Part shown: piece by piece, positions 37,170 to 54,762 of the stretch
Position numbering within the stretch: the stretch's first letter is position 1
How the letters are laid out: each line of letters begins with the position of its first letter
Source of the DNA: Balanoglossus misakiensis
Taxonomy: Eukaryota; Animalia; Hemichordata
NCBI GenBank assembly: GCA_040954595.2
Contig: CM082591.2
Location: 4,387,957-4,451,956, forward strand
Length of the DNA: 64,000 bases
Direction: 5' to 3'
Translations under genes and position numbers: made by a program
The notes under the pieces: model-generated
Database searches by the model: none
What the model was told of the DNA's origin: nothing
The model's input: only the letters and a program-made list of their open reading frames with translations

Positions 37170-38974
37170 CTAAACGGAAGTGACGTCATCTTCTGTATGC
37201 CCGGATTGCAATAGCACTGACTGTGTGTCGGGCTTTTCCACGGCAGTTGGCACATGAGCTTTCTTCGTTCCCGTGTTGCCGGGGTCGGGGTTCCGGCACA
37301 GGGTTATCAAGACAGCGGTGTAGAAAAACAAGGAGAGTCCCTTCAGGAACGCGAACAACCCCATCACCTTGTATCGATAATCCAGCAGGTCGTAGAGGAG
37401 ACAGGCTCCACGCTGTCCACACGCTGTCTTTCCCCACAGACTGCAGGCAGAGTCGATGAGAAGTCCGGTGTACAATGGAGATGGCATGGAACCTGTCATG
37501 GATATAGCAACAATTTAAAGGCCGACGGTCATCTTGTGTGCATGTGAACAATTTCATGTGTACAAACATTACGTCCAATCCAAATGTTAAGCAAATTTGA
37601 CACATTCAAATAGTAGACTGACTTTGTTTCCTTCCATATTTCATGCAACCGTATAACAGACTTAGTTAAGTCCCTCCTGTTCACCCAATATGAAACATTT
37701 CAAAAGGTCTGTAACTTTGTGAGTTATTTTCAAGCAAAAATATATTGAGACTATTAGATAAGATGCATCAATCCTGAGTAACGGATAAATTTTACACAAA
37801 CTGAAATGCCCATCTGTCATAGGCAATGTTTAAACTGCATTAAAAATGTTCACATGTACAATATGTAGATGGTACATGTATATGTATGTGTGTATGTATA
37901 CTTTTGTGTATGCACATGAGTATACATTTCATGCAACAAGAAAAACTAACCCCTCCGTTGGATGTTACATCAAGAACTGCATCACTGTCAGTGATAAAAT
38001 CGTGAGAGTGAAAAATTTGAAACACACATACCGAGTACTTGGGTGAAGACAGCACGAAATCCCATCGCATACGGCTTATCGGTCGGAGAAACACACCTGG
38101 AAGAATAATAAACTCAGTAATCACATGTACATCCACAATCACATCTTTTGTTTACATTACTGAAATGACTGTCGCAGTGCATCAGGAAAAATGTTACTTA
38201 TGTACATACCATCAGCAGTTTTTAAAGGTCAATGACATCTGGATCAAAAGTCTGTTCAAGCTTTGATGCTGCATGGAATGTATGGCGCCAAATCCAAGTG
38301 CATCTTACCTGAGAATTAACACCACCTCTATAATGATGACCATAGCCAGGAAGGAGGTGAAAATACCAGATAATACCAGGAACAGGGACAGTTGACTCCT
38401 GCAAGAGTTTGAGCACATGCCACGGGTAACTTCATTTTTGGCCAGCGTGGCATTTCCTTGGTCGTGTGCTGGTCTTCCGACACAGTCACATTCGCTGTAA
38501 GTCTAGAAACAAAAACAGAAGTTAAGAGTCCACGTGAGACATGCACTGCGCATGTGCAGCTACATTAGCAGAGGCGTATCTCTACTAATACTGTAACAAG
38601 AAGATTAGGACCATTGTTTACATGATTACATTTATTCAACACATGTCCATCCATCCATCCATCCATCCATCCATCCATACATACATACATACATACATAC
38701 ATACATACACACATCCCTTTAATCGTGAAAAACTACCTTGTCTGGTTGGCGAACCTTGCAACCAGCATGACAAGCCGAAAAGTATGTGATGTCATCAAGT
38801 CCGCAGACTGGACTGTACCGTTCTGGACACGCGCAATGTGAATTACAGGTCGAATTGAGGTCCACCGCCCCCTGATGATTTGGTTGTGATGGAAAGCTGG
38901 AAAACCATAATTAGAATATAATTAGAATAGTAATACATACATACAAACATACAAACATACATACATTCATACAT

Positions 38975-39037
<63 letters not shown>

Positions 39038-41469
39038 CATACATACATACCTTTCATACGGCACTGTTACACCTGCGAATTGCACATTATCACAGCCAAG
39101 TTGCATTTTCAAAAATGGAACCACAAACACGAGTACATCCAGGATGACCAGACACATCGCCATCTTCTTTAGACTGGGCTTGAATCTCCACAAAAGGTAA
39201 CCGCACACAAGAAATCCCACAAATGTCGGCAGAAATACTTGTAGAACTGGAAAAGAAAAAATAACAACGAACAAACCCAAGTACATACGTGAGCCTACCT
39301 GCTATGTAGCTCTGCGTGGCAGGGCTGTGTTGGAGGCATAGCCGTTAACAACACACAGCCCTGCCATGCATGCTGTGCTGGGGGCGTGGTCAGCTTCATT
39401 GTAACATTTAGGCTAACGTAGATCTACTTGTATCACTGCTGATCGACTGTGGTGAACACGGAGCGACAGAAATATCAGGTCCCGTTGAGCAATTTTACAA
39501 ATTCTGCATACTCACCGACATACATGCCCGATTCTGCCGCCGTGGTGCGAAATTGTTCTTCAATGTACTTGGCATGAAACATAGCGACTCCAGTGTGCGC
39601 AGCCAGAGCCGTGTTGCCCAGTAGAAGCGCCATTAACGTTAAATTTGAGACTAGTCTCCGCACCAAACTTGGCAAATCTGGCGAAGGAAATGGGTAATTA
39701 GCACACATGGAACGGTCTAAGCTATGTGAGAAAAGTATTCCGAACAAGTTTCATAAAATTGGGTGCAGCGTCTCGAGAAAACTGTACAAATTAGTGAAAT
39801 ATGCAAATAGTCACTGAAAGACGCCAAAAAGTTAATAAAATACGCAAATTGCTACACGGTATTCTGAAATTGGTAACAATGTTCACGGTATTGATACACG
39901 CTGGCGCCCTCGCTCACCCTTCAATGTATGTCTGGTGACAGTCTGTGCCCGATAGTCTACCACATTCGTGTATTCCTCGTCTGGCGTCGATTTGTCGCCC
40001 TGGAGACTCTCTTTCGGCGACGGTCTGCCCGGCATCCGCTTGGGAACCAGGAACATCAAGAGCGAAAACACCAGCATCGGGCATCCGATGGTTACATAGC
40101 CCATCCACCAGGCGCCAACCCAGCGTGGATCGCGCGGGGAGATTTCCAGGCGGGACTGGTCCACCCGGTAGAAGTCCACGTAGCGTTTTATGAAGTGCAT
40201 CGACAGCGGCATGCCTGCTATTGGCCCGATGACGTTCAAGGCGTACAGAGTTCCTGAAAATTTTGAGAAGATAGAAGCTGCATAGTACACAGAAGCTAAT
40301 CAAGTATCCTTAGATCACTTTCGATGTGATTAATGTTTGATTAATGCAAAGGTGCGAATTCACTTCAAAATTGATTACCCGAAGGAGTTGGTCCACGTCC
40401 AAATGGAATAATGTTTTGGTGCCATAAAGTTCCTTTTAGTCTGGAATCCATGACTATTGTGACTTTCGCTATACTCTGAATACGATCTAGCATTTTGGTC
40501 TTCATTTTTTTTTTGCTATTTGCTTATCAAATGACTCTGATTTTCATTTACTTGTATTAAAGGTATACGGTCACCTATGGAAAATTAGCTACAGTTACCA
40601 TGGCAAATTGAGATCTAGCCAATCACAGATTTTCAGTGGGTGGCACACCATATGTTCTTTAGAACGCTCAAATACGCCATTTCAGCCATATCTGGGTGTA
40701 TGTAAAATGGAGGTGACTGCATGTATATACCTTTAATTAAGTTTCGCTGTAACTTACCCATGTACATCGGAGACTTGGATTTTGATACGTTGTCGTCGAT
40801 GAAGGGCATCCCAAGCGCATAACCCGCATTCCTTCCGACGCCCTGAAGTACCGCCGCGATTAAGATGAGAATTACCGGCTCAGAACCTTTGGGGATCATG
40901 GGTGACGGTGAAGATAGATGGCTTTGGCATTGATCGGTCGATCCCGTCTGATACGCGGTCATGTTTACTCCAGTGGCGGCGCAGACGCCCGGAGTAGCAA
41001 TCTGAAGGAAACTCTCCGGCAGTTGGAAGTTCTCGTAGTCGTATGGGTCGGAGATGAACTGTGTGAGTGCCTTCAGGAAGAAGGACACGGCGCAGAGGCA
41101 GAACGCTGACGCGATCCAGCGTGGCTTGTGACTGTTGGGTCTGCCGCCGAAGTAGGTGATGAATATCACCGAGAGTATGTCGGCGGCGTCCGTTATTGTT
41201 TCTGTCAGGCCCATGAAACCGCTGGACAACCCGTACCGCTTTTGGACGCTGGTGATGCTGATAAACGTGAAGCTTATCTCCAGTGTTAGCGTGAAGGTGT
41301 TGAGAACCAGCAGCAGAAACATGAAGTTGACGGTGGCAAACCTCTGCAGGCAGGCCGGTCGGAACGAGCCGATGCCCACCGAAGTATCGGCGAAGTCGTC
41401 CCGGCGTTCCATCTTGCAACTTGCCGCGTGATTTCCGTTGAGCTTCGTAGCCACCTCGGGTAATGCCAT
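37170..41469 (-). CDS. Solute carrier organic anion transporter family member (OATP/SLCO), ~715 aa; subfamily not assigned
   Basis: 8 coding exons join in frame (2148 nt), minus strand: 41469-40758, 40253-39918, 39677-39516, 39246-39051, 38896-38737, 38502-38309, 38096-38032, 37492-37170. Carries the OATP signature DPRWVGAWWMGY, FIDDNVSKSKSPMYMG, the Kazal-like loop CNSHCACPERYSPVCGLDDITYFSACHAGC, and IDSACSLWGKTACGQRGACLLYD. A probable 5' UTR exon ends at 41725. Confidence 0.95.
38647..38712. repeat. Compound microsatellite (CCAT)n(ACAT)n
   Basis: Directly visible in an SLCO intron. Confidence 0.95.
38934..39050. repeat. Compound microsatellite (ACAT)n/(AC)n
   Basis: Directly visible; begins exactly at an SLCO splice donor (GTATGT on the minus strand). 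Confidence 0.95.
40561..40732. mobile_element. TTAA-flanked MITE, same family as 111-227
   Basis: TTAA-AGGTATACGGTCACCT...AGGTGACTGCATGTATATACCT-TTAA; aligns to 111-227 with ~50 extra internal bp. Confidence 0.85.
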
Positions 41470-44339
41470 GGTTGTCGTTCGACCAACTGCGGTTGAGTCT
41501 ATACACGGGGAAATTTCTGAGGGAAAGGGACACCGCACAGATAGACAGAACACCTGAAAAGTTGAAAACGTTGAAAACACAACTATTGGTACATGGAGAA
41601 AAATATTTCAAGCCGAGGTCTTACAAGTATTTCAGTCATACAATTACAATTAACAATATACTGACTAGTCAAAAACACGGCCTGTTGAAAGGACACAATG
41701 ATTAATTTTGATATTTAAACTTACTCTGTTTCAGGATTCCAAGCTACCGGTCTTTGTGCTTAAGTGACAATATACAATAACGCACACCGTTCACTCGTTC
41801 AGCCCTTTAAGAAGTCACCTTTTACATTTAACAGAATGGAATATCGAAGGTGGCTTTTTAATGAGGAAACGATATCCGGAAAGCATGTTATTATCTGCTC
41901 CTAGCCACAAGGCGAAAAACAACGAAGGTAGATTGAATTTTATTTTTATCTGATATATTCCTGCTTGGTACCCACATAACTGCAGGTGAATGCGATTAGC
42001 TGCAGTACACTCCAGTCAGCGATTAAAATGTTTCCTGTCCAAGAATTCGTCATATATAAGGGCCCCCAATAAGATGTACTTTTGCTTAATTTTGTCGTCC
42101 GTTAATTGTTTTTATTGCGCGCTGAAACATACTGAGGGTAACGCAAAGGTGACGTGTTCAAGTGAAACGCCGGCGAAAATCTGTGTCTGCATTAATGACT
42201 GTGTTATCCCACAGCCGATGATGGGAAGGGAATGGGGCTTTTGGCCCACATATGGCATCAAATCAAGATCAAGTAGCATGTAAGCAGGACATCAAATATA
42301 TTTAATCACCTGTAGGCCCTAATTAAATTTACCCGTTTTACTTTCCTGGCGACAAATATCGTGTCAAACCTTAATGCCTCTGGGTAATTCGGGGTAATAG
42401 AGGACATTTGGGCTGTAAGCAAGCTAATTAATAACTAATCAAATTTGGTACGTTTTGCAGGTACTGTTAACTTAGTTAACATAGCCATATGGTCGCTTTT
42501 AGTCTCGGTTATCCAGACGCCTTTGCTTCTTCCGTTGCTCTCCAGAAAAGGGGTTATAGGGTACCACCATAGAGCAGCGTTTCCTCGATTCTATTTTCTT
42601 GTATTTAAAAAGGAATTAAAAGTGACGTGTAGAGTTGTGGCTTTCCAATTCACATAGCATAATTTATTAAATACAACAACACGCAATGAAATCTTGGAAA
42701 TCGTTGCTGTAAAATCTTTTACACACATAAAGATATCTCGGCGTCTGTGTCGGGGCAGCGGCATCTCTTTGCACGGCTGATGTTGACAACATCACCCATG
42801 TTTAAAGATCTTAGTACGGACTGTGTGTAGTTTTATGATCTCACTTTTATCTAGAGTTATGCGAAGGATGTATACATCTCAGTAAACAAGTGGCACAAGC
42901 TGAACCTTGGAGACCGTTTATAATCGTCCAGCAAACCTTGTGCGCATGTGTCCATAGACTGTTATTGTCTGTATACACGTGACTTCTGACCTGAGACGAC
43001 GGTAAGACCCTTGCAATGTTTAGGATACAAAACCCTGGGCTTCGGGTTAACGCCTTCCTTAGAGTCAGGTCACATTAAGAACCACCGAAACGAGGGCGGA
43101 ATGCACCAACTGGCGTCCATGTGGGGTGTGTGCATAAACGTTATTGCTGAACTTATAAATTTAACAGCTGGATACATTTCCAACCATGAAATCTTCAAAT
43201 TCGCCTGCGCATTACAGAACACTTCAGACTTCAAAGTGTCACCACAGACATTCGAGGTCTGCCAGACATCCAGTGTGACTTTTCGCTTGTCTCCAGAAAA
43301 TATATTGTAAGTATACGATACTTTTGGTTAAGAGTTTGCCATAACTGTCTAGAACAACTGTTAACATTAGCTGTAACGTTTCGCTATGATTTCAGTATTT
43401 TTGTTTTGTGCGTCTTCAACAGTTTCTTGTTTAAATTCTTGAAACATGACGAAATGCCAATCTGTTAGCCTACCAACACAACATATATGTGTATAGTCAG
43501 CATCAATGCCAAATTTGACGTAAAATGAATTCTAGTCCGGAATTCAATTCAAATTTCAACATAAACGATGCTGAGTTGACACACCCAGGCTATGTAGAAC
43601 GAAGAGTATTCAGGGATTCGAACAAGAAACATATTGTTGAAAGCGACAGTCTATTTTGAGTCACAAAATACCACAAATATCAAGCAAGTATATGCACCTG
43701 TGGATTTCCACATCTACATTTATCAGTCTGTTATCAAGTAATCGTTCAAACCATGCTGTTTGACGCTGTATGTTGTACAAAGTTGAATTATGCCCTGCAG
43801 AGGCCATGGGGCATGCACATCTTATTTCGAGATATTTTGTTTATATTGGGAATTATTTTTTGATGCAGCGCTTATGGCGATTCATCAATTACTCGTGACG
43901 TACGTACCGACAACCAATGTACAAGGACGTGCTGTACTAGTTTCATAGACAGATTTCGGAGTTTCTCCATAGTATTATGCACAGTCCCTCTATCACATAG
44001 AGGGACTGTGTGTCATGCAATCCACTAATTTTATCTGAAATTGGATTCAAGAATGGAGTTTCAAAACTCTTAGGTGTCAGAACTTTCACATGTCGCTGTG
44101 GCATAGATATTTAAGACTATGTTTGCGCTATTTACGTATCATATGTCACTGGTACATTCCAATTTGAGCCCATTGCTGTCCGGGAATCTTAATGTACAAA
44201 CTAAGGGTCCCGCTACATTCCCTACGCTTCAAAATTGTTTCTCTGCGTGTAAAGCTTTCAGGGGGCCAACCGTGTTGCTCCCTATCATGTCTTCCATTTT
44301 CAATTTTTTACGAATGGAGACTTCACTTCAATCACAAGT

Positions 44340-47300
44340 ATGGCAACCAGCGAGGAATACCTGTCGGCGCGAGGTCTGAGGATCAAGAATGACGTCTCTC
44401 TAATGGACGAAGGCAAGGGAATGTGGAACGCAAATCGCTACGATGACGTCAGCAATCCAAATGTAAGTTCTTGTCATTCCACAAACCGGAGGTAAACGTC
44501 GAGAGAGAGACGAAAATGACATAATAAGACGCAGTTGATTGTAAGTCAAAGTAAGCGCAAAATGTAACTGTAATAAGTTCATCATTGAAAACAATTTGGT
44601 TGTTACTTTGTATTACACTGTAGTGTAACTGCTACAATGTACATCATTGCATACAATATTTGTGTTACTTTGTATTACACTGTAGTGTAACTGCTACAAT
44701 GTACATCATTACAATAATATGGTTGTTACTTTGTATTACACTGTACATCATGGCGAACAATGCATCGTAAATTTTCATCACATCTCCCTGAACAGTGGAG
44801 TTATTTCTGATGGCGTGTTTGTAAACAGAAAAGTCACACAGGATAAAGTAGTTCCTGATAATAAATGCAAATTTCATTTCCAGGGTATAATCAATGCTGG
44901 AACGGCGGAAAATACAGTTTCTACGGACCTAATAGCAGCAAAGGTGAGTAGCGCAGAGGTCATGAAGTTCTGTCGTATAATACATGGCGCCATGATGGAT
45001 TCTATCGCAATGCGTTTTGCCCATACACCAAACTTCAGTGGGCGATGTTCAGTCATTTTTTGGGAATGGATTCAGAAGCTTGGACGAATGCCTTCCAGCA
45101 ACTGAAATAAACCTGTAAGCCGCTGTTTCCAATCTGACAAAACGTACCATATTATCTTTTAGCTGCAAACGATCGAACAGCCTTACGAAAAAGACCCCGA
45201 CTTGTTACGCTACAATGACTTCAGTGGTTTGAAATCCTTCAGGACTACAATGGCGTCGTTCCTGACAAAATATGCAAAGTCACCTGAACCACTGGATCCA
45301 GATAAAGTGAGTTAAGAAGTGTATATCAAAAACTGAGAAAAATACGGCAGGATTGTGACATGATGCCGCATAACATTAATATCATGTCGCGCATCATGCT
45401 GTGGAAGACTTGTGAAGAAAGTCAATCAGCTTCATCACCAGAATGTTAAGTCGTCCGCTAATGAATTTCTCTAAATCGATCCGTTTTTCCTCCCCCCAAA
45501 AAGTAATTTAATTTATCTTCACAAAGGTGTTTTTCGTTTGCGTGTTTTCTGCAGCTGGTGATACTCAATGGATGTGGGCCATGCATAACAGCACTGACGT
45601 TTGTGCTCTGTGATGTTAATGGTGAGTTTGTGATGTTTGAATGGGTCATCACTTCTCACCATGATGACGGACAATATTCGCAGTTTCCTATACATACACT
45701 AAATGTATCAAACACCTTCGCTTCGCCATTCAAGGAGAATACACGCAGAAAACTTCTCAGTGGGTCCGCTGCGACACAGGTGCCAGCAAGTCAAAGTAAA
45801 AGCGTAAATGCTACTTTGTACATAATCGCAAACGGTGTGGTTGTTACAATTGTATTACACTGTACATCATGGCAAAGAATACTTCGTTACTTTTTATATA
45901 ATTTCCATGTTACTTCGATGTAACATGTATCAGCTAGCAGGGTCTCCCTGAACAGTTGCAACAATGTCGTTGGCGTGTTTACAAACAGAAAAACCGCACA
46001 TGTGCAGTTCAGACGAAACTCCCCCTTTAATGTATAACTCAAGTGTGAGTACTGATGACGACATTACTGGCATTTCAGATGCATGGTTGATTCCGTCCCC
46101 GCATTACGACGGCATCACAACTGATTCTGGTAGAATACCCGAAGTGCTTCTGGCGACTGCTGATCTTACCAGCGAGGTAAACTAAATGACAGTGCAATGT
46201 TTCAACTCTGGTTATAACTCAGAATGCAGCTTGGCTTACTATGCAGCTTGTCGCTATATCTGTCCGGCTGATTCGCGATCACTTGGCTTAGAAAGCCCCG
46301 TGTCGACTATACTGACTGGCACTGCCTGTGTCTAGGTAATTGGATTGATCTCAACTTTGTGAAGTAGGCCTACAGTAGTTTTGATAAATATGATTGTGTA
46401 CTGCAGCATGTAATCTTATATTCGTAAATTTGATTTCACAGCGATCCCCAGAAACAGGACAACAATTCCAGCTGACAGTGGAGAAGTTAGAAGCAGCTTA
46501 CCAAAAAGCAATCCAGGAGGTATTTCAATTAAAATGAATAAACCTTTTCACACCCAAAAAGTAGCACTTTGAACATAAATGCATGGATATATCTATGCAG
46601 TACTAAGTGCAATGCTTATCATGAAAACGCATGTTTACAATAGTGACACTAGAACAAAATGGGCCAAAATACATACACTAACTTGCATTTTATCTTACAG
46701 GGTATTAATATCAGAGGTTTGTTTCTGATCAATCCCAACAATCCACTTGGAGATGTTTATCCGAAGAAACTGTTGGAAGATTGCTTGGCCTTTGCCAATA
46801 GGTATGTACGACAATGCATGGCCATTCGATGCTGCCTGCCTCCCTGCCTGCCTGTCTCTATAGATGTAGTCATGTACTATCCTTACAATATTTCCTGTTA
46901 TATTGGACATATTTCAAGAGAAGGAAGTACATGCAGTATGCACATAGTATCCATATACTTCTATTGTATTTTTTCTTTTATGTATATTTATGCCTACAGC
47001 CACAAAATTCACGTCATTATCGACGAGATCTACATGCTGTCCACATTCGGTGAATGCACCGATTTTGTCAGTGTTCTCAGCCTTGAGAATCTGCCGGATC
47101 CGAAGAGAACTCACGTTATTTGGGGCCTGTCCAAGGTATGCCATTTCACCACACGAGCGGAATCAGAAAAAGAAATGTTCTTGCACATTCACGCGAAAAT
47201 TGGCGCAGCTGCAGAAACATAGGGGTGTAACGATCGCCATCACTGGCAGAAATAACAAAAACGAAGGAATTACAACTCGAACATATCAAAGTGGTGGTTG

Positions 47301-48731
47301 TAGGAAAAAAAATCACTGTGACCCCTATGTCGATTGTCGCGTCCTGCACGAATTAATGACAATGATATCTTTCAGCTCAGACAAAATAGTTGCTCACACC
47401 CCGATTGGGCATATACCGCACTGCATTTTCTGAGTTACTAATTTTTACTCACGCTGTAAGTCAGTGAGCAAGTCTACATACAACAACATTCGCTCCTATT
47501 CTAATGCACTGGCTATGCGTTCAGAATGACAAAACCATGCCTGCATTATATTTTTAAACGCGGTGTTCATCATAATCTTATCAGGATTTCGCCATGTCTG
47601 GTCTGCGTATCGGAGCCGTGTACAGCCAGAATGCTGATGTCCTCACGGCTGTTAAACAGATTGGCTATTGGTTTGGCATACCAACAGGCATGCAAGTCGT
47701 CCTCGACGGCATGTTGTCGGATAAAGGTGAACTTCTAAAATTTATGTTGCTGTTGTTAAGTAGATTTTTGCTACCTAGGTGAGTGAAGAATTTCAAGATG
47801 GCCGATTTTTTGGGCTTATTCGTAAATTCCGTGCAAGACAAAAAGAAGAACAGCGAAGTCAAGGAATTGAACTGTGTTCCCATTTGTTTTTCCAGAATGG
47901 GTTGCAAGTTACTTGTCAACAAACAAACAGCGACTGGAAGATGCAGACGACTACTTATCGAAAGAGCTGACACGGTTATTGATCCCGCATTTGAAAAGGC
48001 CATCGGGTCTGTTCATCTGGGCAGACTTCAGAAAGGTAAGTGGTAGCTCTATTAGCTGTCTCTTTCCGCTATGCTGTAAGAATTTTGTCTATCTATTGCA
48101 GTTTCTTGCCCGAATTCCTGAAACATGGTGAAATACCCAGCATTTAACTTATCAACACTACATACATTTGTATAGTCAGCATTATGCCAAATTTGAATGT
48201 CAAGACTTGCAACCTACATATGAACTTTATTTGCAGTGGCAAAGTCATCTTTTATATACAAAATATGTTTTCAATCTAATAGATATTCAACAGCTTGCTG
48301 TCCAAATTTTGTTTCACAGTACATCAACCCAGCCACGTTTGAGACCGAGAAGGAGCTGTACTTCGAGTTCCTGGAGAATGGTGTCTATATTGGTCCGGGA
48401 CAGAGTTACTTTTGCGTCGAACCAGGCTGGTTTCGGATCATTTATTCCATCCCACAACCTCTGCAAAAACTTGGTAAGCGCACCGCCTATGAATATTTTA
48501 TTAACTTTCAAAATCTTCGAAAATTTGTATGAATACCCATACAAGCCTCACACGTTAAAAATGCGGGTAGCCCAAAGACTTTTATTATTGGTGCGTTGGT
48601 AATTTCACAGATTTCGTCGTCGCTACGTGTCCATGGCAACCGAATACATATATTATTGTCTATTTTCAGCGGCAAAAAGGATCTGTTCAGTCATTCACCA
48701 GAGAAAGAAGAAACTTCAAATTTCCGACTAA
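44340..48731 (+). CDS. ACCS: 1-aminocyclopropane-1-carboxylate synthase-like protein (PLP-dependent aminotransferase class I/II fold), ~434 aa
   Basis: 12 exons join in frame (1305 nt): 44340-44462, 44884-44943, 45163-45306, 45555-45621, 46079-46176, 46442-46519, 46701-46801, 47000-47135, 47585-47726, 47896-48035, 48320-48473, 48670-48731. Motifs: NPNGIINAGTAEN, INPNNPLG, HVIIDEIYMLS, PLP-lysine WGLSKDFAMSGLRIG, EPGWFRII. The start codon is the first plausible in-frame ATG; a longer N-terminus cannot be excluded. Confidence 0.92.
44590..44840 (+). repeat. Dispersed repeat family with tandem ~58-bp subrepeats (copy 1)
   Basis: TTGTTACTTTGTATTACACTGTAGTGTAACTGCTACAATGTACATCATTG repeated, then CTCCCTGAAC..TGGCGTGTTTGTAAACAGAAAAGTC; related copies at 45835-46030 and 53378-53650. 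Confidence 0.8.
45835..46030 (+). repeat. Dispersed repeat family (copy 2)
   Basis: TGTATTACACTGTACATCATGGCAAA..GTCTCCCTGAAC..TGGCGTGTTTACAAACAGAAAA..CATGTGCAGTTCAGACGA aligns to copies 1 and 3. Confidence 0.75.
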
Positions 48732-49652
48732 AATAGTTGTGGAAAAGCTTAATGCTTTGACGAAGAAGACGTAATAGGAATAACTTGTAGGAATTTGCCC
48801 ATTTTAAAAAATTAATTGTATATCATACATTCTGATAACAAACAGGTGTCTTTTCTCTGCTGCTGCGACAGAACTAAATATACTATGTTAATTTTTTTTT
48901 AATTTTACTACTTCATTCCCTAATGCCTATGTTTACTTATTATTGATAACATATTTTATGATGACCCACTGCATGCTGAAATAACCGTAAAATATCCATA
49001 CTTCATATGAAAGGTATTTCATTGTTACGAGCAGAACTATGTAGGCTATATTAATCGGTGTGGAATATGATTGAAGTGACATTGTACAAGTATAATGTAT
49101 TGTATTTTAAGACTACGAAATTTAATAAACCAACTATGCAGAGTTTACCATGTGCATTGTTGTATCAATATACTAGTACTGCCCGCCAAGGGGAGATTAT
49201 TCAGGTATTGTCCTGCACTAAATCAGTGGCCAACAACGGGCATACAAACAATCAAATTGCATTCAGTCACAACTAACGCTAGTTTGCAGTCTATGTGTCC
49301 ATTGAATAAAGGTCTTCGGCCTTGGATTTTACACGTGTCATAAATATGCAGAGATGATATTTTAATGGCCATACCCATGACTTGCTCGTTAAATTAGGCC
49401 AACTGGCAAAAAAGGGCGCCGAACTCGACGCGTGGCACGCACTGAGGACTTCACATGGCCGAGCTGATCAAATTATGCCGAGTCACAGTGAAGTTCTCAT
49501 TACGCATGGGTGGACTTTGTCCGTTTGCCAGTTTGGACAGTGGCGTGTCATTGCAAAATCTGACTGGACCGAACAGTGACCGACCTCAAGATTGGTTAGA
49601 TCAAAACACAGACTGATCAAAACGAAAACGTGCAACGGTTTCTCCCATCATC

Positions 49653-52823
<3,171 letters not shown>

Positions 52824-52870
52824 CGTCAATCATGCTCATGGGGGCGTACCATCCAACTTTTTTTTCTTCA

Positions 52871-52876
52871 AATAAA
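52871..52876 (+). terminator. Candidate polyadenylation signal of PTGR1
   Basis: AATAAA 48 bp after the stop; a second AATAAA at 53014 is followed by a GT-rich tract. Confidence 0.5.
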
Positions 52877-53377
52877 TACGTCATTGAATATATTTGTCAC
52901 GATTTTTTCTCAGAGTATTAAATTTATGAATGAAAATAGAGTGAATATTGTTCTCCTCAGAACGACAGTAAAACAAATGAAATACATGTACACATTATCG
53001 GATGAATATTATCAATAAAGAGCTTTCTTTAAAAATCGTTGGTGGTATTTCTGTGTGTATTTTTGCCTTTTAGTTAACGTTGCCTTGTTGTACTATACTT
53101 TGCAATGGTAGGCCATTAAAACATTCCACAATTCATTTTGTTGTAGAAAATATTTGTGATGAGAAGTCGCGTTTGTTTCAACATACATTGTACCATGTGT
53201 TCAGTGTACAGCGTATATCGTACAGTGATTCACAAAGCTGTGGTAGAGGGCGACCTTCATTCAGACAGCATGTGCCGTCGTGATGAAAGTGGTGCAGCCA
53301 TAAACCCTGGCGGCCTATATAAGACTGCTTAACTTGGTAGTTATACATAGTGTCGATGAAACGGGAGTTTGAATTAT

Positions 53378-53650
53378 TGCTACAATGTACATCATTGCAA
53401 ACAATATTGTTGTTACTTTGTATTACACTGTAGTGTAACTGCTACAAAGTACATCATTGCAAACAATGTTGTTACTTTGTATTACACTGTACACCATGGC
53501 AAACAATGAGTCGTTACTTTTTATCTTATTTCCAATTTACTTTGTTACTGGCTGGCATGGTCTCCCTGAACGGTGGGAAAAATACTGATGGTGTGTCTGT
53601 AAACAGAAAAGTCGCGCGTGTGCAGTTCAAACGACCCGCCACCTTTATAG
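53378..53650 (+). repeat. Dispersed repeat family (copy 3)
   Basis: Same subrepeat and 3' body as 44590-44840 and 45835-46030. Confidence 0.8.
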
Positions 53651-54624
53651 CCTCAGGACAGTCATTTAACTTTGGACCATTTTTTTCTTGTACGGTTTCT
53701 AAATTTTCTGAAGCCACATATACCCATTACTCAACAGCTCCGCATCAATTCCTTGAAAGACTTCCATTACAGAAACAGTTTCTATTCCAAATTCGTCTCA
53801 AAATAGATTAAAATTTATCTAGCCTTAGTGAAACAGAAAGTTCTTAATACAAAGCAGCGAGGAAACACGGCACAAAAGACAGGACGTGAAAAGCAATATC
53901 GCTCTTACAATTGGAATTTCCCACGAGAACAGAAAGTCACTGAAGGGAGATGGTATCCAGTGAGCCAGAAACCATGATCAGATCCCCGTCAACATATCAT
54001 GAAATATGTGTTTTCTGTTACTGGAAAATTGAATACAGATTTTTAATATCATCTTAAGACCCTGTTTCCAACAAGTCTTGCCTTATCACACGTGCACGTA
54101 TGCATATCACAAATTATTCATGAAATGAGTATTTTCAGGTGTTCAAACATACAATCCAAAACAACCCCATTTTGTAAATGAAGTGTTCGAGCACAATCTA
54201 TTATTTATAAACTCGTATCCAGCTATCGTTTCAATATAAGTGAACACTGTACATGTACACACAAATTAATTATTCACACAAAACAGTGAATATTAATAAA
54301 TTCTTTGTATACAGAAGAAATTGAATATTTATGACTGCAAACTGTTTTATATTTTACACATCTCGAGCTAATACGTGTATACTGTTCCTTCACAGACAAT
54401 GGAATATTTATGACAGAAGAATTAATAATGGAGGTTTACAAATGAAGTGAGGTGCATGCCATGAATTCTTTATACTTGGGTTTTAAACAGTACATTATCA
54501 TTGGCTTTCATTTATGAATACTTACAACGACGTACACAGAATACTGAAACAATGTGATAGTGTGCGTTCGTTCGCATGATCATGACGGACACTTGTATAA
54601 AGATAGATGTAAGCGATGTAAATG

Positions 54625-54762
54625 TGGAAACGCAGTTTTGATGAGGCGGTGTCTTATTGCCGCAACTCAAGGTCATTTAGCGGTCACCGCCACCATGGTG
54701 GTGACCGCTCAGTGACCTTACAGACACCACAAGACGCCGCTCTATATCAAGCTGCGTTTCCA
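54625..54762. repeat. 138-bp imperfect palindrome (MITE-like)
   Basis: TGGAAACGCAG..GCGGTGTCTT..AAGGTCATTTAGCGGTCACC pairs with GGTGACCGCTCAGTGACCTT..AAGACGCCGC..CTGCGTTTCCA. Confidence 0.7.

Noticed and set aside
38843-39286. ORF with a CVCMYVCM repeat
   Set aside because: Read-through of an SLCO exon into an intronic microsatellite.
42980-43110. Possible degenerate SINE core (…GGTCACATTAAGAACCACCGAAACGAGGG…) with a TGACCTGA/TCAGGTCA stem
   Set aside because: Only a vague resemblance to Nin-type SINE cores from memory; no A/B boxes, tail or second copy in the window.
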